DNA from: a virus
Virus record (IMG/VR): IMGVR_UViG_3300049218_000295
Location: 1-64,000 of that record
DNA: 64,000 bases
Reading direction: 5' to 3' (one strand)
In this document: positions 18,590 to 27,647 of the stretch, one piece after another
Numbering within the stretch: position 1 is the stretch's first letter
Layout of the letters: the number at the start of each line of letters is the position of its first letter
The notes under the pieces: model-generated
What the model was told of the DNA's origin: nothing
What the model saw: only the letters and a program-made list of their open reading frames with translations
Databases searched by the model: none
Position numbers and translations under genes: made by a program

Positions 18590-20716
18590 AGTCTTTAGTG
18601 AATCCAGGCCCATGATTTCCGCGCCTTCTTTTCGGGCGCGTTCAAGCTTCTCCGACTTGCCGTTCGGGTCTTTGCAAACCAAATGAGTGACAGCTTTAGT
18701 GTATTTCTCGGCGACTTTCCCACCAAAATCCTCAATTTGTTGTTCCGAGCCCTTATCGCGCAAGCCTGTGAAACAGAAGACCTTACCAGAAAGCGGTCCC
18801 GTAAGCTTGCGTTCTGCAATTCGAACATGTGGTAGAAGTTGGTCAATGAGGGCGCTGTTGTGCTTAAAACCATGAACCATTGCTTTGGCAATTGCGCTCC
18901 CGATGCGCGGGATGCCTGCGACATCCGCTTCGGTAAGCTGTCGAATTTCAGCTAGAGTTGGGTATTTCTCCATCACGATCTCAGCGTAAGACTCACCAAA
19001 CAATTCAAAACCCAGTGACTTAATAAATCGCGGAAGCGGTACACCGTCCGATTTATCCTTCAAATCGCGCAAAATCTTAATGGCCACTTTTTCGCTACCT
19101 TTTTCAAGATCCGCGATGTCCCCTGGGTAGAGTTTATAGAGGTCAACTGGTGTAGAAAGCTTACCTGCATCAATGAGCTTTTCCACCGTGGAGTCACCAA
19201 AGCCCTTGACGTCCAGAGTGCGCAAGAAATGCATGATTCGGCTCATAGCACGTCCGGGACAATTGAAATTCTCACAGGTGAGAGCCGCGCCGTTGAGCTT
19301 TTCAATGCCAAACCCATACTTGGCCATCAGCTTGCCGACTTCTTCCACCAAATCCATGCCCTCTTGAGCCTGAATGATAGTCTCAGTGGTGTCTACTCCC
19401 TTGAGTGTGACACTGAAGGAAGGCAGAGAGCCGCAGTCTGGACAGTGGGGGAGCGCGATCTTTGCACCTTCGGTGTAGTTGGTCGTAATTTTTGGGATCA
19501 CATCGTTTGCGCGTTCGAGCTTCGCCGTGCTACCGACGCCGAACTTGGCTTGAGTGCTCAAGCGATAAAGCTCTGCTGGGTTACATAGGGAAACGCGACC
19601 AATGGTGACGCCACCAATGTCTGTTGGACGGAGCAAACCAACCGGAGTGAGGTCGCCAATGCGACCTGTTTGCCATACAATCTCTTGCACAAGGGTTTCA
19701 GCAAACTGGGCACCAAATTTGTAAGCGCGGGCAGCGCGAGGACGGTTGTCGGAATAACCTTGCTCCTCAAGCCACTCATTGTCGTCATCTTCAACCACGA
19801 TGCCGTCGATTTCGTAGGGTAAAGAAGCCCGGAAGCCATCTTCGTAGTTCTTGATTACGTCTTTTAGCTCAGAAAAGCTCTGCACCACTGCAAAAGTCGG
19901 GATTTCAAAGCCAAGTTTGGCCAAGATTTTGAGCTGCTCAGATTTTTTCCGAATTGAGCCGTAAGGATGGTCGCCCTCAATAGACATCAAACGATAAGCA
20001 AACACACGAAGATGTTCGCATTTGGCCCCATCTTCTCGCCGGGCGGTTCCAGCAGCACTATTGCGTGGGTTTTTGGGTGGTTTTTTGCCTTCTGGGGTCG
20101 CTTTCAAGAAGTGGTCGACCCAATCCTGAATATGGAGAAGAAATTCACCACGGATTCGGACCTTGTTCTTAATTGGAAGGGTCTGGGGTACTTGCATCCG
20201 TTTCACATTGGCAGTAATGTCGTCGCCAATCTCGCCGTTGCCTCGCGAAATCCCTTTAGTAAGAACGCCGTTCTCATAGGTAATGTCAATGCTGTTGCCA
20301 TCGAGTTTGTCCATTGCGCAGCAGTCTTTGCCACGGGTGTGCTTCTGGTAGAACTCTTCTAGCTCCTCCAACGAGTTGACCTTGTCAAGTGACCCCATCG
20401 GAATATCATGCTGGTGTTTTGCCCAAATGCCCGTTTTGACTGGAGCCCCAACCTTTTTCAGTTGGGAGTGCGTCGGCGCTATTCGTTGCAAAGTGTCGCG
20501 GATAATGTCGTATTGGGAGTCAGTGAGCAAGTCTTCGCCTTCATTATAGTGCGTATCACTAGCGTTTTCCATCAACTCGGCGAGTTTCTCGTGAAAGGAG
20601 AAGTTGGTGCCCTGCTCTTTTTCGATATCACGGACCAAGAGAACTACATCAACATTCCGTTCCGCCGCTTCTGAGAGAAGGTCACGCTTTGAGTTCAAGA
20701 ACGACACATTATCCAT
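18566..20716 (-). CDS. ligA: NAD-dependent DNA ligase
   Basis: HDIPMGSLDK, KLDG, IRGE, NPRNSAAG, IDGIVV, AYKF, Zn finger, HhH, C-terminal BRCT. Confidence 0.95.
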   Translation of the reverse strand: MDNVSFLNSKRDLLSEAAERNVDVVLLVRDIEKEQGTNFSFHEKLAELMENASDTHYNEGEDLLTDSQYDIIRDTLQRIAPTHSQLKKVGAPVKTGIWAKHQHDIPMGSLDKVNSLEELEEFYQKHTRGKDCCAMDKLDGNSIDITYENGVLTKGISRGNGEIGDDITANVKRMQVPQTLPIKNKVRIRGEFLLHIQDWVDHFLKATPEGKKPPKNPRNSAAGTARREDGAKCEHLRVFAYRLMSIEGDHPYGSIRKKSEQLKILAKLGFEIPTFAVVQSFSELKDVIKNYEDGFRASLPYEIDGIVVEDDDNEWLEEQGYSDNRPRAARAYKFGAQFAETLVQEIVWQTGRIGDLTPVGLLRPTDIGGVTIGRVSLCNPAELYRLSTQAKFGVGSTAKLERANDVIPKITTNYTEGAKIALPHCPDCGSLPSFSVTLKGVDTTETIIQAQEGMDLVEEVGKLMAKYGFGIEKLNGAALTCENFNCPGRAMSRIMHFLRTLDVKGFGDSTVEKLIDAGKLSTPVDLYKLYPGDIADLEKGSEKVAIKILRDLKDKSDGVPLPRFIKSLGFELFGESYAEIVMEKYPTLAEIRQLTEADVAGIPRIGSAIAKAMVHGFKHNSALIDQLLPHVRIAERKLTGPLSGKVFCFTGLRDKGSEQQIEDFGGKVAEKYTKAVTHLVCKDPNGKSEKLERARKEGAEIMGLDSLKTLLNNTHN

Positions 20717-20742
20717 ATAGCACTCCTGTAGGTCTTTTCTCT

Positions 20743-20771
20743 ATTATAGCACACTGTGATACAGTTGTCAA
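20743..20771 (-). promoter_or_regulatory. sigma-70 consensus promoter for ligA
   Basis: Minus strand TTGACA-17 bp-TATAAT with TG. Confidence 0.9.
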
Positions 20772-20899
20772 TAGAAAAAGAAGGTCGATCTTCGCTTCCT
20801 GGATGCCCGAATTATGAGTCCAAGTCATATGCAGGAGTTCTCCCGTTACCTGAGACTCACGTGCGCCTCAGAGCGACCGTTTTGCTGCGGGCCGACCTT
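20772..20899 (-). ncRNA. candidate structured small RNA (~125 nt)
   Basis: Nested complementarity AAGGTCG/CGACCTT, TCGCT/AGCGA, TGAGTC/GACTCA, CAGGT/ACTTG, GGAG/CTCC; starts 5 nt after TAAAAG and ends in a U-tract. Confidence 0.55.
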
Positions 20900-20907
20900 G
20901 GGTGCTT

Positions 20908-21528
20908 TTACCGCTTCTTAGCCTTCCACTTTTTGGGACGACCGCGACCATAGACCTCATCTGCCAGACCTAAAGAAACTGCCTCCTTAGGGTCGATGTA
21001 GCGGGCAAATGTGCACATTTCTTCGACTTCTTTCATCGATGTACCCGAGCGCTCAGAAAGAATTTCACAGTAGATCTTGTCGAGTCTTTTATTTTCTTCG
21101 GCTTCAGCGGCAACGTCCTTAGGGTGTCCGTCCGGAATACTTGCCGTACCCGCATGAATCATCAAAGTGGAATAGGGCATCATAATGCGTCGGTCAGCAG
21201 CTTGGAGAATGGCAACGCCCATTGAAAAGCAGGGACCATAGACGGTCATGTGAATTTGGGATTTACAATGCCGGATGGCATCGAACACAGCCAAGCCTAG
21301 GTAAACGTCCCCGCCAATGCAGGACATTTTGATGTTGATGGCTTGATGGTTAATCGAGTCAAGCGAATGAAGGTTTTCCAGGAAACGGGTGACGGAGGTA
21401 TTGTTAAGCGCTCCCGCACTTTCCTCTTCCTTGGAGGTCTCAAACCCAAGGGAGATAGTCCTCGTTGGCTCGTGAAGGCCCTCGACAAACCGCCGAAATG
21501 GTAATTGGTCTTTACGGTCTTTGTCCAT
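20908..21528 (-). CDS. clpP: ClpP-like protease subunit
   Basis: SCIGGDVYLGLAVFDAIR, CFSMG (Ser), LMIH (His), EAVSLGLADEV. Confidence 0.85.
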   Translation of the reverse strand: MDKDRKDQLPFRRFVEGLHEPTRTISLGFETSKEEESAGALNNTSVTRFLENLHSLDSINHQAINIKMSCIGGDVYLGLAVFDAIRHCKSQIHMTVYGPCFSMGVAILQAADRRIMMPYSTLMIHAGTASIPDGHPKDVAAEAEENKRLDKIYCEILSERSGTSMKEVEEMCTFARYIDPKEAVSLGLADEVYGRGRPKKWKAKKR

Positions 21529-21598
21529 GGGGTACCTCCTAGAACCAAGATAGCCCAGACCATTATCCTATTCTACGATATTTTAGTAACGCGTTGGG

Positions 21599-22915
21599 CT
21601 ATTTATTACCTTTGCTGTCCCAAACTTTTATCAAGGCGTCGTCGTGCCCGGACCCACCCTCGTACCCATCGCACAAAATCGGCATACGGTATGTGATGCC
21701 TAGGTCGGGATGTACAATGAAGAGAGCCTGTTGAGGGCGCTCATATCCAAAGTTTCCCTGATAGGCATATTCATCAAGTCCTTTAATCGAACCATTGACA
21801 ATAAGAGTCTCAGTATGAATGTATTGATGCCAGTGGCCAATCATCATAACGTCGAAGGGTTGATGAACCGCTTGCTGCCGCTTTTGCTTGCGGGCCTGAC
21901 CAATAAAGAGCGGCGAAAAGATACCCGCAATACCTGATCCACCACGGAATTGGTCGCCGTGGGTAAGCAGAAAAGTCTTATTGAAAACCTTGAAGATAGC
22001 GTCACTTCCGTCTGGGATCATGAAGGTGATACGCTCATCTTCAGCAAACCGATGGGCCAGGTTTTGATAAATGATCCACTCGTAGTTATCCTTCACGCGG
22101 TTCTTAGCGCGAGGCTTGCGATGCAAACGACCGTGGTTTCCAACAACGCAAGGAATGAAAACTTTACCAAAGGTGTCGGCTAGGCACTTAATCCCTTGAC
22201 AGAGCAATTCAGTGAGGTCAACCGCACTTTGCAGAATTGGGGCCTCGTTGGTCTCCGCAAGCTCTTCATGAATGTTTCCAGAAAGCATATCGCCGCCCAG
22301 GGCCACAACGATCCCGTCGTAAGTAGGCTCGTGCATGTACTTGGTACAAAGGTCTACTGCACTCTGAAAAGTGTGTTGAATACGTTTAACAGCAATCTCG
22401 TGATTGTATTTATTTACGCCGCCGATTTGCGCGGGGTCGACAACTTCATCGAAGTGGATATCAGAGAGAAAAAGAACTGGAATTCCTGTGATGCTGTGCT
22501 TGCCGTCGGTCTGAAGCCAATCCGGTTCAACGTCAAACGTAGCGTCTTTAAGACCATGCATGAAGTCCATAAGCTTTTGGCTAGTGGCCACTTCCATACG
22601 AGTGTCTTGGAGTTCGGACTTCAATTTGTTGACTTGGTCCTTAAGAGCAGAAATCTGCGATTGTTTCTCAACACTCACTTCTTCTTGCGCTACTGACTTT
22701 AGACTCTCGATTTTGCTCTCATCGGGTCCGGCTTTGGCTTTAGGTTGGAGAGAAGAGGCCTTAACTCCCATTTTTTGTACCATAGAACGAATAGAAGCCG
22801 AACTCCGGCGGGGATAATAGCCTTGAAAGCGGGCTATGATCTCTTCGACAGACTCCGATTTTTTAACACAATCCTTTAGACATTTTAACTCAGCGTCAGT
22901 CCAGACTTTTCCCAT
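21599..22915 (-). CDS. calcineurin-like metallophosphoesterase with N-terminal Myb-like and coiled-coil regions
   Basis: SDIH, GGD, GNHG, HGD, GHWH motifs; WTDAEL...RS N-terminus. Confidence 0.82.
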   Translation of the reverse strand: MGKVWTDAELKCLKDCVKKSESVEEIIARFQGYYPRRSSASIRSMVQKMGVKASSLQPKAKAGPDESKIESLKSVAQEEVSVEKQSQISALKDQVNKLKSELQDTRMEVATSQKLMDFMHGLKDATFDVEPDWLQTDGKHSITGIPVLFLSDIHFDEVVDPAQIGGVNKYNHEIAVKRIQHTFQSAVDLCTKYMHEPTYDGIVVALGGDMLSGNIHEELAETNEAPILQSAVDLTELLCQGIKCLADTFGKVFIPCVVGNHGRLHRKPRAKNRVKDNYEWIIYQNLAHRFAEDERITFMIPDGSDAIFKVFNKTFLLTHGDQFRGGSGIAGIFSPLFIGQARKQKRQQAVHQPFDVMMIGHWHQYIHTETLIVNGSIKGLDEYAYQGNFGYERPQQALFIVHPDLGITYRMPILCDGYEGGSGHDDALIKVWDSKGNK

Positions 22916-23121
22916 GCGTATACCCTTCCTTGGCTCACGCTACTCAACAGTTACAACTCAGCTTATGCATTTCGTGAGGTTATAGAATTGTTTCGCATGG
23001 CTTGTTGAAACAACAGCTTCCATGTGCTGAAAATTTGCCATGCATGCCCTCTCGTTAATAATCTAATATGTGAAGAAGCCTTAACCCTGTTAAGCTAGCA
23101 CATACGTATCGTGCGGAAAAA

Positions 23122-23655
23122 CTATTTGCGGGGCTTGCGAGATTTGTTGGAGGGAGTGTTAGAACCAAAGGTCGTAGGCTTTTCTTGTGCAAAAGCCATC
23201 GGGGTATCAGCCTTCTGAGGCGTTGTTCCAGGAGTGAAAAACTTCTCACCAGTTTTAGCCATTTTGGGAGCTTTTCGGCCAAGAAGCGTGTAGAAGTCCT
23301 CACGAGAAAGGCTACCCGCAGAAACAATTTTCTGACCAGGTCTCGGTATATACTCACCACCACCAATGAAAGGTTTGCGAGAGTCTTCAACCCCACCCTG
23401 GCCTTGAATAATTTCAAGGATCTTGGGGTTAATGACCATGGTCAAAGGAGTGAAAATTTTGCCGTTACTGACAGTAGAAGTACTGATTTCTGATTTGGGT
23501 TTTTTGAGTGCTTCGACGTCCCATAGAACGCCCAAGTAAGTACCAAGGCGGTTCATGAACTCATCTTTTTCCTTCTCCTGGTAATGACGAATCATTAACA
23601 ATTCAAGAAGGCTCATTTCTTTGATCTGGGCCGGAGTGTACTTGCCGACAGCCAT
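23122..23655 (-). CDS. tail assembly chaperone, -1 frame extension (gpT-like)
   Basis: Frame stays open upstream of the ATG to the slippery site at 23706-23712, in the -1 frame of the previous ORF. Confidence 0.65.
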   Translation of the reverse strand: MAVGKYTPAQIKEMSLLELLMIRHYQEKEKDEFMNRLGTYLGVLWDVEALKKPKSEISTSTVSNGKIFTPLTMVINPKILEIIQGQGGVEDSRKPFIGGGEYIPRPGQKIVSAGSLSREDFYTLLGRKAPKMAKTGEKFFTPGTTPQKADTPMAFAQEKPTTFGSNTPSNKSRKPRK

Positions 23656-23660
23656 TACAC

Positions 23661-23712
23661 GGCCACGAAGTTCAAGATGAAAGTCTTGCTCCGTGGCCTC
23701 TATGCCAAAGGG
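23661..23712 (-). promoter_or_regulatory. programmed -1 ribosomal frameshift signal
   Basis: C CCT TTG heptamer in phase, 7 nt spacer, then stem GGCCACGGAG/CTTCGTGGCC enclosing CAAGA/TCTTG. Confidence 0.8.
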
Positions 23713-24725
23713 ACGTTAATTTCCGCCGACAAGGAAAGGGTCTTCGTAAGATGCGCACCATGGAAACGGCAGAAAAAAGGCGTTTCTTGTCCCGAAGCAT
23801 CGTATTGTGGCTTCGATAGATGCACTTCTTTGCACTCATCAATTGGGCAAACGTACCGATAGGCCCCTTCGAATTCCTTATCATAAGATGACATGGTACG
23901 GTTTTCGGCGAGGATTCGGGACTGATAGAATGTATCCAGTTTATCGCCCACAACCTGGTCTGTGCTTTCCCACAGCTCGCGAGCCATATCAAGAGCTGCG
24001 AGCTTACGCAGGCGGTTTGGAATATTGAACTTATCCTTAATAAGCTCTACGTCTTCCTCGGGCGTGGTGGCATACCCATAAATCTCGTGAATGGCCACAC
24101 CATCAATCGCAAGCACCGACGCACAAGCGGAAAGAAGTCTAAACCAGCTCGTTCCAGCAGCTTCACCCTCCACAAGCATCCGTTTTTGCGCCTCCATGAT
24201 GGACCAGATACCAAAGTCATCACTAATTGGAGCCATGAGATAGGTAAATTTCTCTTGGTCATGAAAGATTTCGAGTGGGTAACGGCGCTCTTTGGTCAAG
24301 CCAAAGCTCTTGCGCAACCTCTGGAGGACGGGATGCGTGTCGCGCACCTTCTTGGCAACCACTTGTCCATCCGGGACAGAAGGCTGCACTGGAGGCGCAT
24401 ACTGCTGTGGGGGCTGTTGTACTGGGGGTCCAGGTTGAGTTGCTGCGACTTGGGCTGCAATCTCGTGTGCGGGGATCGAACGCCCGGACAAAGCCGCTTG
24501 CTCAGCTTCAGTTAACTGCGCGATAGGTTCATCGTCAATCTGTGGGATGCCATCGTTGAAAAGAACAGGCTTGCCTTTAAGGCCACCAGGCAGCTGAGAG
24601 GCCAATTCACTCACGGCGTTGATTTGTCTATCCTGACGGCGTTTTTGGGCAGCTTGCTGCTGGGCAGGTCCTGGTGGACGGCCCATTTGAACTCCTGGTG
24701 GAAAACCATTATTGAATTGCGTCAT
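23700..24725 (-). CDS. putative tail assembly chaperone (gpG-like)
   Basis: Pro/Gln-rich N-terminus, SVLAIDG motif, C-terminal CxxxxC...CRFH, ends at the frameshift cassette. Confidence 0.6.
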   Translation of the reverse strand: MTQFNNGFPPGVQMGRPPGPAQQQAAQKRRQDRQINAVSELASQLPGGLKGKPVLFNDGIPQIDDEPIAQLTEAEQAALSGRSIPAHEIAAQVAATQPGPPVQQPPQQYAPPVQPSVPDGQVVAKKVRDTHPVLQRLRKSFGLTKERRYPLEIFHDQEKFTYLMAPISDDFGIWSIMEAQKRMLVEGEAAGTSWFRLLSACASVLAIDGVAIHEIYGYATTPEEDVELIKDKFNIPNRLRKLAALDMARELWESTDQVVGDKLDTFYQSRILAENRTMSSYDKEFEGAYRYVCPIDECKEVHLSKPQYDASGQETPFFCRFHGAHLTKTLSLSAEINVPLA

Positions 24726-25663
24726 TTTACTTCCTGTTCAATGTATTCCCTGAGGTGCTTTCGAAAGTCCGCTTCCTCAATAGCCTTAGGGTCTTTAAGT
24801 TCATACTTAACATCGTGTCCTGGACGGTCGGCCACGTGCTCGTAAGCTACCTCGATACCTAGAATTTCGGACACCATTTGGATAAGGTCCTTATTACAAA
24901 TCGAGAAGCCGCCAACATGCTGATAGTCGAGGTCTGAGTCCCCCATCAAGGAAATTAAGCGGGACGCATGGACGCTGGCTGGAACCCATTGACGCATTTG
25001 CTTTCCATCGCCGTATAATGGGACAGGCTTTGATTCTTTAATACTTCTGATGATTGTGGGTAGAAATTTTTCGGAGTGCTGATGCTTGCCAAAGTTGTTG
25101 CAACTGCGTGAGAGTTTTAAACCCATTTTGTAGGTGCGTTTGTAGGCCTGCGCAATAAGGTCGGCAGCGGCCTTTGAAGCCGAATATGGATTTGAAGGGT
25201 CGAGTTTAGCATCAAGTGGAGTTGGGAATGGTCCACCATCTCCGTAGACTTCATCAGTAGAAACCACCAAAAGCAGAATGGAGTCCAAGTGGCGTCTTTT
25301 CAGCTCCAAAATATTGGCCGTGCCGACCACATTGGTGGTCACAAAACCAAGCGGATCGCTAATGCTACGGTCTACATGGGACTCCGCTGCGAGATGATAC
25401 ACCCGAATTGGGTTTTCTTTAGACATCGAGGATATAAAGGGTGTAGATAAGGCATCATTCAATCGCTTCGCGTCTGAAACATCGACGTTGATATGAGATA
25501 GACGGTATGGGTATCGGTGTTTGAGGTCAGAGACGCCCGTTGCGTTGTAACCAGTAGAACAATTGTCTAGAATAGTGACGTATTCATCCTTTTGGAGAAG
25601 GGCCTCCACTAGGTTTAATCCAATAAAGCCACCACCGCCAGTAACAATGTTCAAACGTTTCAT
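24722..25663 (-). CDS. rmlB: dTDP-glucose 4,6-dehydratase (extended SDR)
   Basis: GGGGFIG, HLAAESHVDRSI, STDEVYG, YSASK, DRPGHD. Confidence 0.88.
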   Translation of the reverse strand: MKRLNIVTGGGGFIGLNLVEALLQKDEYVTILDNCSTGYNATGVSDLKHRYPYRLSHINVDVSDAKRLNDALSTPFISSMSKENPIRVYHLAAESHVDRSISDPLGFVTTNVVGTANILELKRRHLDSILLLVVSTDEVYGDGGPFPTPLDAKLDPSNPYSASKAAADLIAQAYKRTYKMGLKLSRSCNNFGKHQHSEKFLPTIIRSIKESKPVPLYGDGKQMRQWVPASVHASRLISLMGDSDLDYQHVGGFSICNKDLIQMVSEILGIEVAYEHVADRPGHDVKYELKDPKAIEEADFRKHLREYIEQEVK

Positions 25664-25971
25664 TTCTTGCCTTTTTTAACAGGCTTCTGTACTAGGTAGT
25701 CAACCACTTTTGCAGTTAGCCTGATCATGCGACCTGAACTATCGCAGTCAATCTTTCGCACTTTCCACTGGTCAAGGTCTTGAGAAGAAGCAAAGACCAT
25801 TTGATAGTGGATAGGGGAACCCTCTTTCACCTGAACGAATTTAGGTGTGAAGAGGATATCCCCTGTTCCCTGCGGATCAGTCACCACCCGCATCCCAACT
25901 GGGATGAGGGCCTCAATGTCTAGAGGCGAATGATGAGCAATGCCAAAGGCTTTAAGTGTTTTCTCTTGCAT
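25660..25971 (-). CDS. hypothetical protein
   Basis: 103 aa, ATGA-coupled to rmlB. Confidence 0.6.
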   Translation of the reverse strand: MQEKTLKAFGIAHHSPLDIEALIPVGMRVVTDPQGTGDILFTPKFVQVKEGSPIHYQMVFASSQDLDQWKVRKIDCDSSGRMIRLTAKVVDYLVQKPVKKGKK

Positions 25972-26200
25972 AACTTAGAATCAAGTCCTTCAGCTTGCGG
26001 TCACCGGATGCATTCTGGATGACCGACTGAATAACAATATTCTCGGTGATGTCTTGGTCGTTGTAGTCCAGAATTTTGATCGGGTCTCCGGACTGATAAA
26101 GCTTGCGAATATCTGACAGGGTAATGTACGTGTGAGTGCCCTGGTCGTAGAGTTTGCGATTCCGATATTTTCTAATTTGCCGTTCTGCTGTAGTTCCCAT
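25952..26200 (-). CDS. PhaR-type (PHB_acc_N) DNA-binding domain protein
   Basis: IRKYRNRKLYDQGTHTYITLSDI...DITENIVIQ. Confidence 0.85.
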   Translation of the reverse strand: MGTTAERQIRKYRNRKLYDQGTHTYITLSDIRKLYQSGDPIKILDYNDQDITENIVIQSVIQNASGDRKLKDLILSYARENT

Positions 26201-26228
26201 AATAACCTCGTTTCCTTTCTTTTACAAT

Positions 26229-26783
26229 TCATGTCAAACGAAACTGCGTGACCCTTTGACGTACTTCGTGCAAGGGATCAGACTCAATACGCGTAACCTC
26301 GTCCAAATGGTCTTTTAGGCGCTGTTCTACCTTTTGCATCAGGTTCTGTAACAAGTCTTGGGCTTGGACTGCTAGTTCAGGAGCCATGGTATTTTTGACA
26401 GCATTTTTCAGGTTGTAGTTGTAGTCAAAATTAGCAGTCCCCAGTGCTTCTGTTGCAATTCGTTGAATTTCGTAGTGCATGGTAGAAGAAGGCGGCACCA
26501 AGCACTGGGAAATATCGGGGGATGGAGTTCCATAACTCATATTGCTACCGTTTACACAGCTATTGAAAGACCCACTGTTATTCGAAACAACTTGAGACAT
26601 CCCGGAACTCCGACCACCCATGGTCTTTTGACAGTTTGCGCACCACCAGATAGGCACAGTGCTGCCCTGGTTAAGGTTTGCATCAACTACCACATCCACC
26701 AATTCAAGGTCAGTGGAGCTGCAACTGCCACAATTTGGTCTAGTTGCTGACTTCTGGTACTGGTTCCAGTCTTGGAAGCTCAC
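26229..26783 (-). CDS. hypothetical protein with Zn ribbon
   Basis: CGSC...CANC. Confidence 0.55.
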   Translation of the reverse strand: MSFQDWNQYQKSATRPNCGSCSSTDLELVDVVVDANLNQGSTVPIWWCANCQKTMGGRSSGMSQVVSNNSGSFNSCVNGSNMSYGTPSPDISQCLVPPSSTMHYEIQRIATEALGTANFDYNYNLKNAVKNTMAPELAVQAQDLLQNLMQKVEQRLKDHLDEVTRIESDPLHEVRQRVTQFRLT

Positions 26784-27387
26784 GCAAATCCCTCACATTT
26801 CCATGGATTGAACGATGCTCAAAACTGTTAACTTGCGGTGCCTTGTCCAACATTTTTAAGGAAAGCTCTTGGATAAACCGCGAGTTCGCATTGCCTTCGC
26901 TGTTCAACTTAGACAATTCTGCCTGCATCTTTTGATAGAACTCAGTGGCCAAATCCGAACGGAGCTTGGAAATTTCCTCGGCGTGCTTCACTTTCAGTTC
27001 CTGTACTGCCCTATCGCGGTCTAGTTCAGCCTGGCGTGAACGCTGTTCGGAGTCGAGCTTCAAAAGACCAATCGTCTCTTTTTCTTTCAAGTCGTACTCG
27101 CGTCTGAGCGAATCTTCAAATTTCGCTTTGTCGGCATGAAAATCTTCATGGGAGCGCTTGTAGCGAGCATCTAGAGTTTCGCGTTCTAAGGCGAATTTGT
27201 GCCGAGCTTCTACAAGCAACATTTCAGCTTTCTTGCGCTCGTTAGCAAGTTCTAGTTTCAGATTCTCGGTTTCGATTTCGAGTTCCTTCTTCTTGCCTTG
27301 CAATTCGATGTATTCTTGTGCTGATTTATCGAGCTTGTGTTTCGAAGCTGCGGTGTTTTTATTAATTCCAAAATTCCATCCTGGCAT
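26740..27387 (-). CDS. coiled-coil protein
   Basis: 215 aa, E/K/L heptad-rich. Confidence 0.65.
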   Translation of the reverse strand: MPGWNFGINKNTAASKHKLDKSAQEYIELQGKKKELEIETENLKLELANERKKAEMLLVEARHKFALERETLDARYKRSHEDFHADKAKFEDSLRREYDLKEKETIGLLKLDSEQRSRQAELDRDRAVQELKVKHAEEISKLRSDLATEFYQKMQAELSKLNSEGNANSRFIQELSLKMLDKAPQVNSFEHRSIHGNVRDLRELPRLEPVPEVSN

Positions 27388-27647
27388 TACTGTTTCTCCT
27401 TGTCGGTATCAAGTGGCTTTTCAATGATTTCTTTTATAGACCACTTGCCAGACAGCAGCACGTCGACTGGGGCATCCATTGGAGCCTTGTTGTCGAGCCC
27501 TGTAATCTCGAACTTTTCAATCGTACCACGAGCTACAGTACTACCGCTCGGTTCCACCAACCAAACTTCACAGTTCTTGTCTGCGTCTACTTGGAGAATG
27601 AATACCGGTTTCATCCGGTGCCTGCACTTAGCAGTTTTTCTACCCAT
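27387..27647 (-). CDS. hypothetical protein
   Basis: 86 aa, TAATG-coupled to the next gene. Confidence 0.55.
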   Translation of the reverse strand: MGRKTAKCRHRMKPVFILQVDADKNCEVWLVEPSGSTVARGTIEKFEITGLDNKAPMDAPVDVLLSGKWSIKEIIEKPLDTDKEKQ

